From Octopus sinensis (taxonomy: Eukaryota), in assembly GCF_006345805.1 (NCBI RefSeq), contig NC_043018.1, positions 15,872,001 through 15,935,955 of the forward strand: DNA of 63,955 nucleotides, given 5' to 3'. The first letter of the stretch is position 1. Each line of letters opens with the position of its first letter. A program made the position numbers and the translations under genes. The notes under the pieces were generated by a model. It searched no databases, was not told the origin of the DNA, and worked only from the letters and a program-made list of their open reading frames with translations. Positions 13,201 to 24,720 of this stretch are shown one piece after another.

Positions 13201-13586
13201 CTCTTTTACTTGTTTCAGTTATTTGACTGCGGCCATACTGGAGCACCGGCTTTAGTCGATCAAATCGACCCCGGGACTTATTCTTTGTAAGCCCAGTACT
13301 TATTCTATCGGTCTCTTTTGCCGAACTGCTAAGTGACGGGGACGTAAACACACCAGCTAGAGGGACAAACACAGACACACAAACATATACATACACATAC
13401 ACATACATATATATATACATATATACCACAGGTTTCTTTCAGTTTCCGTCTACCAAATCCACTCACAAGGCTTTGGTCGGCCCGAGGCTATAGCAGAAGA
13501 CACTTGCCCAAGATGCCACGCAGTGGGACTGAACCCAGAACCATGTGGCTGGTTAGCAAGCTACTTACCACACAGCCACTCCTGCG

Positions 13587-13590
<4 letters not shown>
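13201..13590 (-). mobile_element. SINE family B, full length
   Basis: Reverse complement of 51680-52090. A second head in + orientation lies at 13048-13180. Confidence 0.8.
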
Positions 13591-13637
<47 letters not shown>

Positions 13638-14104
13638 AGAAGTTTGTATATTATATATATATATATTATATATATATGTATATGTATATAGACATGTATA
13701 TATGTCTATGTGCATATATATATATATATATGTGCGTGCATGTGTCTGTTTTATTTTCATCTATTTGTGTATCGTTTAATTAGAGGCGGACGAAAAATAT
13801 CGCCTCTGAAGATTTATGACCTTCCGAAAATGGTGAGTGGACGCTGACCTTAAAGTTTGTTATAAACTGGATTCTTCTAAGAGTCCCCACGAAACTTATG
13901 ATGGTTGTAAACCGGACGACATGTAGTCCGTTAATGTGCGTGATTTGCTGTTTAGAGAATTCAGCTGACGATCATAAGGTGGCGGGTTTTATTCTAGGCG
14001 ACGTCGTTTGTCCTTGAGCAAGACTCTTATTTCATGTTAGGCTCATCCTTGCCATATTCCGAGTCACGCTGAACTAAGGATGCGTGTGTTTGTGCGAAGG
14101 CATA

Positions 14105-14325
14105 GGGCCAAGTGGTTAGAGCCGGACGAAATACTTAATGGTATTTTGTCTGCTGTTACGTTCTGAGTTCAAATTCTGCCGAGGTCGACTTTGCTTTTCA
14201 TCCTTTCGGGGTTGATAAATTAAGTACCAGTTACGCACTGGGGTCGATGTAATTGACTTAATACCTATGTCTGTCGTTGTTTGTCCCCTCTATGTTTAGC
14301 CCCTTGTGGGTAATAAAGAAATAGG
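14105..14325 (+). mobile_element. SINE family C with tail C1
   Basis: gttctgagttcaaattctgccgaggtcgactttg...gccccttgtgggtaataaagaaatagg. Confidence 0.75.
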
Positions 14326-14700
14326 TTAGAGCAGCGGACTCGCGGTCGAGGGATCACGGGTTCGAATCTCAGACCGGGCGATGTGTGTGTTTATGAGCAA
14401 AAAACCTCCAGCAGAAAAGTAATGGCGAACTTCGGCTGAAACTTTGGCCACAACGTTTTCTAAGTCTTTCTTCCTGCATTTAGAAGCTCGCCTGCGACTG
14501 ACCGGCGTCCCGTCATATAGGTGGGGAACCAATATGCCAAGGAAACCAGGTGACCGGCCCTTATTAGCCTGGTACAGCTCAAGAAAGAACAAACAACAAC
14601 ATGTTTGTGTGGTGCTCAACCACTGGCACGTTCATTTCACGAGAAGGTTGTTCCATTGATCGGATAGACTGGAACACTCGTCGTCGTAACCGACGGAGTA
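14326..14700 (+). mobile_element. Composite SINE A: head + T3-like segment + T1 tail
   Basis: Head ggttagagcagcggactcgcggtcg, middle cctgcgactgaccggcgtcccgtc, end ctcgtcgtcgtaaccgacggag. Confidence 0.6.
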
Positions 14701-14822
14701 TCAGTTCTATATTAAGTGCAATACTAAAAAACAAAAAGACACGTATTCCACGCAGTCAAAATAATGACTTGATTTAAACAATACACAAACATGCATACTA
14801 TCGTAATAACACAGATACATTC

Positions 14823-14902
<80 letters not shown>

Positions 14903-15358
14903 TTCTTACACACACACGTGAATACATACATACACTCATAAACGTACAGAAGCACTAACACATACTGACATATCATATTCCTCTACACATTCTCTGTATA
15001 TTTGTTACTCTTCCGTCTCTCTCTTTCTTTCTCTCTCCCCCTCACTTTCTCTCCCATACAGATACTTACAGACACATACACGCACGCACACACACACTCA
15101 GAGTCATTTATATTCTCAGATATTTATATACAGCCAACTAAGACAAACTTGACACGCACACACACACCCTACTCCCAAGATGTCGTTAGTTAATTATATG
15201 AAACAATTCCATCAAGCGGAACAATATAATGTAATCATGAAGTAGATCTCGCTTATAACCAGAGGGACGCCATTGTGTGTATAACAGTATATGTGTGTAT
15301 ATGCATATATATATATATATATAGATATATATTATATATATATATATATATATGTGTT

Positions 15359-15391
<33 letters not shown>

Positions 15392-15435
15392 ATATATATA
15401 TATATAACATATATATGTATGTATGTATATATACA

Positions 15436-15488
<53 letters not shown>

Positions 15489-16164
15489 TACATATATATA
15501 CATATAAATATGCATATGTGTATATTTATACACGTATATGTATATTCATGTATATGTGGGTGTATACTCTCACGTAAATATACAGAAATATGCATTGGTA
15601 TATACATATATGATATATACATATATGATATATGTATGAATGTAAATGTATGTATGAATGTAAATGTATGTATGTATGTATGTATATATATATATGTATA
15701 TATATATTCATATATTCATATAGTATGTACATATATATATGTGTGCACGCATGTATACATACATACGTACATACATACATACATTTGCACACGCAAGCAG
15801 TGATTGAAAAATACCTTTAGCCTTAATGTCGACTGGCTAATTAAGTATCTCGTCATACCTCTCACTACATCTCCTTTCAAACCTGTCATCTTCGCATAAC
15901 AACCTTCCAACATTATCACGATGTGTCATTATTTCTTTCCCCTGACCCAAGTTCCCATAGACTGCTACGGCTCAGAAGTTCCGGGATAGCTGGACTCCAA
16001 CCGTTCATACTTACAGCAATTCTAATCCTAGTTGAACTGATTATACCTGCTCAGTTTAACAAGATTGCCGTTACATTGTTTCATGTTTAGAACAGAATTA
16101 TCCTCGTCTTATTTTATAATAAAATATTTCTAAAGTATATAAAATAGTCCTTTCTACTTTAGGC

Positions 16165-16545
16165 ACAATCTGAAATTTGGGGGAAGAGGACCAGTCGATT
16201 ACGTCGACTCCAATGCGTAACTGGTACTTAATTTTATCGACCCCGAAAGGATGAAAGGCAAAGTCGACCTCGGCGGAATTTGAACTCAGAACGTAACGAC
16301 AGACGGAATACCTATTTCTTTACTACCCACAAGGGGCTAAACACAGAGGAGACAAACAAGGACAGACAAACGGATTTAGTCGATTATATCGACCCCAGTG
16401 CGTAACTGGTACTTATATAATCGACCCCGAAAGGATGAAAGGCAAAGTCGACCTCGGCGGAATTTGAACTCAGAACGTAACGGCAGACGAAATACCGCTA
16501 AACATTTCGCCCGTCGTGCTAACGGTTCTGCCAGCTCATCGCCTT
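16165..16545 (-). repeat. SINE family C dimer
   Basis: Head + core + tail C1 + core + tail C2, with the same junction as the longer arrays. Confidence 0.8.
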
Positions 16546-16554
16546 ATGTATTAT

Positions 16555-17290
16555 TCGTTTCTGCCGTCTGGAGAAACAGAAATGTCCAAATCCTATTGCC
16601 AGCAAATTGAAGAAGTGAAATTAGCCAGGAAATATCTGGAAGTGGTTAATGGACAAAGACCTATATTCTTACATAAAAATGCCGGCCGCTACATTACAAA
16701 TTAGATCACCAGAGTAGTTATGAAATATTCTCCAGAATTGTTACCAACAGACCATCATGTATTTGGTCACCTCGGATATTTTATTTGTGACAAAAAGTAA
16801 AAGGATACAGACCCATTTAAGTCATGAATGACCATGGGATTTCACCTAGAAAGTTCCCCTCCGAGGCACAAGTCCGGGCAAGATTGCTTCATGGAAGACC
16901 AGCAGTCGTCCATGCATGCCAGCCTCCTCTCTCCATGCCACTGATGTTATCCAAAGGAAAGACAAAGGGGCCGATACAGCTTGGTACCAGTGACATCGCA
17001 ATTCATTTCTACAGCTGAGTGAAGTGGAGCAACGTGAAATAAAGTGTCTGGCACAAGAACACAACACACAACTCGAGGAATCGAACTCACTACTTCGGAA
17101 TTGCGAGCTCGACGCTCTAAGCACTGAGCCATGCACCTTCACCGGGCAAAATGTAAACAAACATGTAATGACTAGAACATTTGAATAATGTATAGCTTCA
17201 AAAGATAATAATTCTTTCGAGGGAGCACATACGTTCCCAAGGCGATGGTTGAAAGTTGTTGAAGCTAATAGAATCTATTTTAATTAATAA
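16555..17290 (+). pseudogene. Decayed mariner transposase C-terminal part, interrupted by SINE D (16815-17142)
   Basis: FLPSGETEMSKSYCQQIEEV...PIFLHKNA (HDNA), YSPELLPTDHHVF (YSPDLxPxDYHxF); after the SINE, PRRWLKVVEANRIYF. Confidence 0.7.
16815..17142 (-). mobile_element. SINE family D (tRNA head + CORE-like central domain)
   Basis: Head gaaggtgcatggctcagtg...gagttcgattcc. The central region gtgttcttgtgccagacactttatttcacgttgctccacttcactcagctgtagaaatg resembles the CORE domain. Second copy at 44588-44922. Confidence 0.75.
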
Positions 17291-17518
17291 TTAATAAGAA
17301 ATAGATTTTACTTATTCATAGCTTAGTGAACATTTCATATGAGGCATTCTAATGTGTGCGTGTGTGTGTCTACGTGCGTTTGTTTGTGTAGATATACTTA
17401 TATGTCTGTAAGTGCGTGTGTGTTTCTATGTCGCATATAATTATATGTGTGTATATGGATGCCAATATACACGTGTGTGTGTATGTGAATGTATAGGTGT
17501 ATGCGTGTTTCGATGACC

Positions 17519-17940
17519 ATAGTGGACCTTGTTGTTCTACTATATGGCTCAGAAACCTGGACGTTATCAAAGAAGCTTGAGAGGCGGTTGGATGGAACCT
17601 ACACTCGCCTCCTTATGAGAGCTCAAAATCTCTCGTGGAAGCGCCATCCAACCAAAATGCAAATATATGGGAAACTACCACCTGTGTCATCTCTTATGAA
17701 AGGTAAGAGAATCCAGTTTGCTGGACATTATTGTAGAGCTGAAAAAAGGTAATTTCTACTCTTCTCCTCTGGAAGCCATCTACCCGCAATACCAGAGGGC
17801 GCACACTCTCCTACCCTGATGTAATCTCCAGAGATACAGGCATCCAGCAACAGGACCTCCGTAATGCCATGATGGACCGTGAAGTCTGGCGTAGCATGGT
17901 AAATTTCATTGTCTCGACCACGGTCGTACAATGATGATGA
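17519..17940 (+). mobile_element. RTE-clade LINE, 5'-truncated 3' end
   Basis: Translates to VLLYGSETWTLSKKLERRLDGTYTRLL...FAGHYCR, then after a frameshift ...LRNAMMDREVWRSMV, ending in a (TGA)n tail. Confidence 0.85.
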
Positions 17941-19119
17941 TTGTTGTTAAATCATGCTCTTTAACAATCCATTCCATAAGCCTGAGCTCAGGAACAAATC
18001 TCGACCGTTTAGTTATTTTTACTTAGCAATCCATCAAACACACCATTTTAATCCCCTTCCCATGGTACTGTGCCTAAGTACTGGAAGATTTCTTATTAAA
18101 ATATACACAACACCGTGCCTAGGTACAAACTCCATTAACACAAAAGTACAAGATTTATAACCGGACAATGATTACAAGTTTACAAAATACAACATTTGTT
18201 ATGAATAAATCGATAAATGCAGCTTTATTCGTCTTTAATCTCGTCGCAATTATTATTGTCTGGTCATCAGCTTTGTAGCATTATGCAAATGAGTAGTATC
18301 TCCTAGTTACAGACGTGTTTTTATTTAAATATGGAATAGCTTTCGGTGACTTACGTTCGGTAACTTAGGATAGAGACCTTGGTGTAATCTGGTTGATGCT
18401 TTTTTATTTTTAATGTACTTTGAAAATGAGGCTCAAGTTTCATCGTGAGGCCTTCGAGTAGGTGAGAGGAAATACGTGATAGATGTGAAACTGAGTGTGT
18501 GGATGTGTGAATGTGTGTGTATGAAATTAATGGAATGACAAGGGAACAGGGCTTATGTAATCGCTTTCAATAGCTTACAACTGTTTCTGCAGTACACTCA
18601 CAGATGAGTGGTGTGCATCACCTTGCAGCTTCTTCGGAGCCATTAAATATTTAATGTCTCCAAAGCAAAATCTTAATGAGTGTGTGTGTGTGGTGTGTGT
18701 GTGTGTGCAAGTATATTTAAGTGCTTTTAAGTTGATTAAACGCATGTGCCTGGTGTTCTCTTACCATATGGGCAGCCATGACGGATTTATTGGGCTTCGT
18801 ATATTTGTACTCCAGCGTCACTTTGATGGCATGGATTGCTCTCTCGCTCAATAAAAGTAGTAATTATTTGTTTTATTTGCCACCAGGGTGACGGATAAGG
18901 GAACTGATACACAGACACTTAAAGAGTGAGGATTTACATAAAATGGAATAAATTCAATGTGTACATTACTACATAGTATTAACAGGCGATGATGGTGCGA
19001 TCCTCCAAATACAGGAGGAAGTCCAAAGCAAGAAAGGAACACTATAAATCCTGAGTCAACCTACTTACTACTAGCACAATACCAAGTGTACCTCTTTCGT
19101 CTTTAATTTTCAACCTATA

Positions 19120-19400
19120 GAAAAACATCGCAGATGTACGTGTGGCTGTGAGGAGAAATTGTCGAACCACCATCCGTGAGTTATCAGAGGAAGTACAGAC
19201 GAGCTACGATTCAGTTCAAGACCAAAAGATGTCTTTGATTGTGTGGAGAATGATGAAAACTTTCTGAAAACCTTGCGTAGGCCTCTGGGCAGGTATCACC
19301 AAGCTTTTGCCAAAATCTGATGCAGATTCTCAGCTCAGCTTTCCCTGTCATTAGTTCAAGCAGCGTTCAAGATCAATCTGTGCCGAGTGGCCTTCCTTAC
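19120..19400. pseudogene. Rearranged mariner transposase N-terminal fragments
   Basis: + strand KNIADVRVAVRRNCRTTIRELSEEVQTSYDSVQ...DCVENDENFLKT (19120-19272) abuts - strand MTGKAELRICIRFWQKLGDTCPEAY (19275-19360). Confidence 0.6.
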
Positions 19401-19559
19401 TCTGCGGGCTTCAGCTTCGTTACTATGGCAACATTCCGGATACTTATTGATCAGTCCACATATATATATATCTCTGTACTTCGATACATTAATTATTGCG
19501 CTTGTGTGTATATATCAGTGTGTTAAAGTTAAGTTAAAGTTAATTTTTTGGCTCAAGAA

Positions 19560-19712
19560 GCAAAAAAGCAAGGCCATTTAGGGGGACATGGAGTTATGTA
19601 CAGGGAGGGTGTTCATGCAAAGAGTTCAGGCCATTTCTGGTCAAGAGAGACTTTGAACCGAGCGGTCGTCTACATCTTCACTATCTCGTCCGGCAGCTTA
19701 TTCCACGGATCC
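19560..19712 (-). mobile_element. CR1-type LINE extreme 3' end
   Basis: Minus frame DPWNKLPDEIVKM*TTARFKVSLDQKWPELFA resembles the CR1 ORF2 C-terminus. Confidence 0.55.
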
Positions 19713-19943
19713 TGCGTGCGTGCGGGCACAGCAGTGATGTGTTATGTATATATGTATATATATATATGTATATATATATATAATTTATGTGAATAGAAAG
19801 ATGAAATAATCTGTAGTAGATTAATCAAAAGTTATAAAATTAACCGATACCTTAGTAGCAAAATCACAGCAGTAAACAGCACGTTGGAGGTACAACCATC
19901 TGGCGTTGCAACCGTGCGTTGGTGCGGATAATTGAAATAAAAC

Positions 19944-20093
19944 ATTATTGGTGAATTGAAGAAATGGAGCTGAACGCAGATTGAACAGAAATCGTTTTAT
20001 TTCATTTACACGTGTTTCGAAACACGTGCGAATGAAATAAAACGATTTCTGTTCAATCTGCGTTCAGCTCCATTTCTTCAATTCACCAATAAT
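19944..20093. repeat. 150-bp palindrome (75-bp arms, no spacer) derived from the 3' half of the 9.3-kb hammerhead element
   Basis: Centre TTC|GAA at 20018/20019; arms differ at only 2 adjacent positions; each arm matches 9511-9587. Confidence 0.9.
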
Positions 20094-20751
20094 ATATATA
20101 TATATATATGATTGCGGGCACCAGTGATACTGTTTGTACATGTGTTGAAGTGTATGTACGTGAACATGTGTTTATGCGAGTTGGTGCTTACACATCTGTG
20201 TATGCGTCAGTGAGTATATACACACAATTGTTTATGTGACTATGTGTACATATGTGAATGTGTGTGTGGCTTTCTACCTGTGCGGTAGCGTTATGTGTGT
20301 ATTAACACATGTGAGAGTATATGTATGTGCCTATATAGATCAGTGTCCATACATGTTAGTGTGTGTCTGCGAGCACAAGTATGTGTGTGCATACTTGACT
20401 ATAGGTGTATGTCTGTGTGTGTGTGTGTTTGTGTAAATAGGCAAACATTAGAAATGTGTATTAATTATGGAATCACAAATATCAGCAACAATAATAGGGC
20501 ACAAGCGGTAACCATAACAACCACAACTTTTTCATAGCAACAAGAATAACAATCGCAAAAAAAACAGCGGCACCAACAACAGACGCAAATGATGACGGAT
20601 TGGTAGAATCAGAAGAGCAGAGTTTCTTAAGGTGAACGACACGGAAATGTTTTGAGGCGTGGAAAATGAGAATGAGGCGTAAATAATTATCAATAGAACT
20701 CGTAATTAAATTTTAAATGAGAACATCTTTTGAATATATACATATATATTA

Positions 20752-21056
20752 CCGTCACCGTGGCCGACCAGACCATCAGATGTTGTTACACATCGCTGGT
20801 CACAATGCGCTTCGCATGTTTTAGCCTTCAAATGACGCCACCGCGCTGGCTAGGCGAGCAGGCCAACAGAAGAAAGAGTGAGAGAAAGTTGTAATGAAAG
20901 AGTACAGCAGGGATCACCACCATCCCCTGCCGGAGCCTCGTGGAGCATTAGGTGTTTTCGCTCAATAAACACTCACAACGCCCGGTCTGGGAATCGAAAC
21001 CGCGATCCTACGACCGCGAGTCCGCTGCCCTAACCACTAGGCCATTGCGCCTCCAC
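20752..21056 (-). mobile_element. SINE family A head with a third tail (T2)
   Basis: Near-identical head and core to 37-210, then atgcgaagcgcattgtgaccagcgatgtgtaacaacatctgatggtctggtcgg. Confidence 0.8.
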
Positions 21057-21124
<68 letters not shown>

Positions 21125-21128
<4 letters not shown>

Positions 21129-21490
21129 GTAAGAAGCTTCCTTCCCTATCTCATGGTTCCGGGTTCAGTCACACTGCGTGACACCACGGGCGAATGATTT
21201 CTACAATAGCCGCGGGCCGACCAAAGCCTTCTGAGTAGATTTGATTGGCGGAAACTGAGAGAAGCCTGTCGTATATCTGTGTGTGTGTGTATGTATATAT
21301 TTGTCTGCGTGTCATTGTGTCTTTGTTTGTTCCCACATCACCGCTTGATAATCGGTGTTGGTGTGTTTACGTCCCCGTGATTTAGAGGTTCAGCAAAATA
21401 GATGATAGAATAAGTAGTGGGCTTAAGAAAATAAGTCCTCGGGTCGTAATCAAATGACCGTAGTCAAATAACTGAAACAAATAAAGGAAT
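21125..21490 (+). mobile_element. SINE family B, diverged
   Basis: Head, microsatellite and tail modules are recognisable with substitutions and deletions. Confidence 0.65.
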
Positions 21491-22095
21491 GTGTGTATGT
21501 GTGTGTGTGCGTGTGTATCTGTTTGTATGTCTGTGTGTGTGTATGAAATATTTTCAAAGACAGTTTCAGCAAATAGTAGTAGTGAGACATGGTTATGGTT
21601 GCAGAAAGGACAGCTGATATAGGGAGAGAGGAATATTGTTAACAGCAGAGCAAGATCAAGCAGTAAGGACTAATTGGATAAAAGACACAACAGAAGAATA
21701 GGACATTTTCTTAAACCTCCTATAGCATCAATAGTATCAACAGTAGAGTAAAATAAGAATCAAACGGGTCCATAGGTAAAAGAATGGCTGAGAACCACTG
21801 ATGTAGTTTATTAATCAGCCAGAAACAACAGCCGAATGTTCCACAAATGAGGCTCTGTCTTAAACAAGAAAGAACACGAGAGATAAATGCATTTATCTCT
21901 AGATACACTTTAAGGCAAGAGGTCATACATGGATTTCTTCTAATCATAATTTTTTTGTCCAATCAGTGATGACCTGAGGCTTAAATAACCACAACGAAAA
22001 GAACAACAACATCAACTTGGGAAGTCTCAGCTTCTGCGGTATTGAATTGTTTTGTATGTGTATATGCGAATGCATGTGTATGTGTATATTCATGT

Positions 22096-22187
<92 letters not shown>

Positions 22188-24139
22188 ACCATATTTCTAT
22201 ATAGTGAGGAGGTGCTCACATTAAAATTGCTCTTTACTCATGAGCTTCTAAATTCGCTCTTTGCGTGGATTCAGATTCAATCCTTCCGTTGTGTGTTTTT
22301 GATTCCGCCTGAAAATGAATGGAATTCATTTGGGAATGAAATTTGGTCGACGAAAATTGTATGGAATTGCGTCGGAGGAATTTTCTTTGTTACGTGACAG
22401 ACTTCGGGTGACGCCCTGTTTAACTTCTCTACCACCAACAACAAAACCAAGAACAACAAAAACACCAATAATAAAAACAACACCAATAACAACAACAACA
22501 ACACCAATAATAACACCAATACTACCAATACCCACAACACTACCACCACTACCTTCACCATCCAGCAACACCGCCACGACTTAACCTTTGATGCGTGTAG
22601 CGATATCTAACTTTGTTGCGATTATTTGAACCGGTTTTCTACTCGTATAATTTCTTATCTTCTCTCTTTTGTAATTTCTTATCTCGCAGGACTTCAAAAT
22701 TTGTTTATTTTAAAGACCCAGAAGAAAGAAACGTTAATTGATTATAACTCTTGCTGTACTTTCTAGAGAAGATTGCAATTTTTGTGGGGGAGAGAAATCT
22801 CATCGACCCCTGCACTTAACTGTTATTTCTCTTTTTTTTTTTTTTGTCAACGCCAAAAAGATGAAAGACAAAAATTGATCTCGGTAAACAAAATTGTTTC
22901 CGCTACAGGCATCAAGGCCATAAATTTTGAAGGAAGGGAGTTGGTAGATGTCATCGACCCCTATAATAGACCGGTTCAGCATTTTATCAACCGCAGCTGG
23001 ATAAAAGTAAGGTTTTACCTCTCTGGGTTTTGAAGTCAGAGCTTAAAGAGCTTAAAGAGCCGAAAGAAATATTGGTTTCAAATTTTGGCACAAGGCCAGC
23101 AATTTCAGGGGATGGGATAAGTTGATTAGATCGACCCGAATGCTCAACATGAATTTTTTTATCGACCCGAAAATGATGAAAGGCAAAGAAGATCGGTGTA
23201 TTCTGTCAGCTCACCGCCGTAAGATGTCAATACTCCTTCCTATAAATAAAAGGCCTGAAAATTTGGGAAAGCCGAAAGAACACACTAACAATTCTTCGAA
23301 TCATTAGATTAGAAGAATCATTTGTCTAATGGTTTAGTGGAGAGGCACTTCCGCTGCTTGTCTGCTAACTTATTAATCCAATGGGAGTAGGAGCAGGAAG
23401 AGGCACATAACAATATTAGAAATTTCGGGGAACGGTGTAAGTCTATTACATGGACCCTAGTGGTCAACCGGTACTTATTTTATCGGCCACGAAAGACTGA
23501 CAAAGTCCAAAATCGGCGGAATTTGAACCCAGGACGTAAAGACGGACGAAATGTTGCTAAGCATTTTGCACCGCATTCTATCCATTCTGCCAGAGGTGGA
23601 TGGGAAAACTGGTTTTACATTTTGGGACATTATGAGAGAAGGGTAAGCCGATTACAGCGATCCTAGTGATCAAATGGTACTTATTTTATCGACCACGAAA
23701 GGATGACAGCCAAAGTCTACTTCAGTGGAATTTGAACTCAGAACGTAAAGACGGACGAAATGCCGCTAAAGCCTGGCGCGATAATCATTCTGCCAGAAGC
23801 GGATAACAATATGAATGATTGTTAATGTGCAAGCACTGAAGAGAACACATTCCGATGAAAGAGACTGAAGAATAATTCTCAAAATATATGGACCACTAGC
23901 AGACTGATATAATGTTTAACTTTAGCATGATATCATCCATTATATAAGTATCATAAACGGATCGATATTCGAACTGACACTGTGAATATTGGAAATAGAA
24001 CATATATAGAGAAATGAACGACTTCTTGGTAAACCTTCCAGGAGTGGAATTCTAATTATTGATCGGGGGTCGCTAACGTTTCTTACTAAATAGAATAAGA
24101 ATACATTAGTAAAAAGGGTCAAAAGTCTGACAAAATATC

Positions 24140-24720
24140 CTTTTCTACTCTAGGCACAAGGTCCGAAATTTTGGGGGAGGGGGCCAGTCGATTAGATCGA
24201 CCCCAGTACGCAACTAGTACTTAATTGATCAAGCCAGAAAGGATGAAGGCAAAGTCGACCTCGGCGGAATTTGAACTCAGAACGTGAAGACAGACGAAAT
24301 GCCTATTTCTTTACTACCCACAAGGGGCTAAACATACAGGGAACAAACAAGGACAGGCAAAGGGATTAAGTCGGTTATATCGACCCAGTGCGTAACTGGT
24401 ACTTAATTTATCGACTCCAAAAAGATGAAAGGTAAAGTCGACCTCGACGGAATTAGAACTCAGAACGTAAAGACAGACGAAATACCTATTTCTTTACTAC
24501 CCACAAGGGGCTAAACATAGAGGGAACAAACAAGGACAGGCAAAGGGATTAAGTCGGTTAGATCGACCCCAGTGCGTAACACGTACTTAATTTATTGACT
24601 CCAAAAAGATGAAAGGTAAAGTCGACCTCGGCGGAATTTGAACTCAGAACGTAACGGCAGGCGAAACACTGCTAAGCATTTCGCCCGGCGTGCTAACGTT
24701 TCTGCCAGCACAGCGCCTTA
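24140..24720 (-). repeat. SINE family C multimer, three cores
   Basis: Same unit and junction (aaataggtatttcgtc on the minus strand) as 62645-63520; the last unit ends in the alternative tail. Confidence 0.85.

Noticed and set aside
13806-13835. CTGAAGA...GAAA hammerhead-like spacing
   Set aside because: No stem II pairing and no stem III or cleavage triplet.
21790-21813. Solo hAT-like terminus (gctgagaaccactg)
   Set aside because: No matching second TIR or TSD found.
22315-22584. Thr/Pro-rich mucin-like ORF
   Set aside because: Arises from a decayed SINE head running into an (ACA/CCA) repeat.
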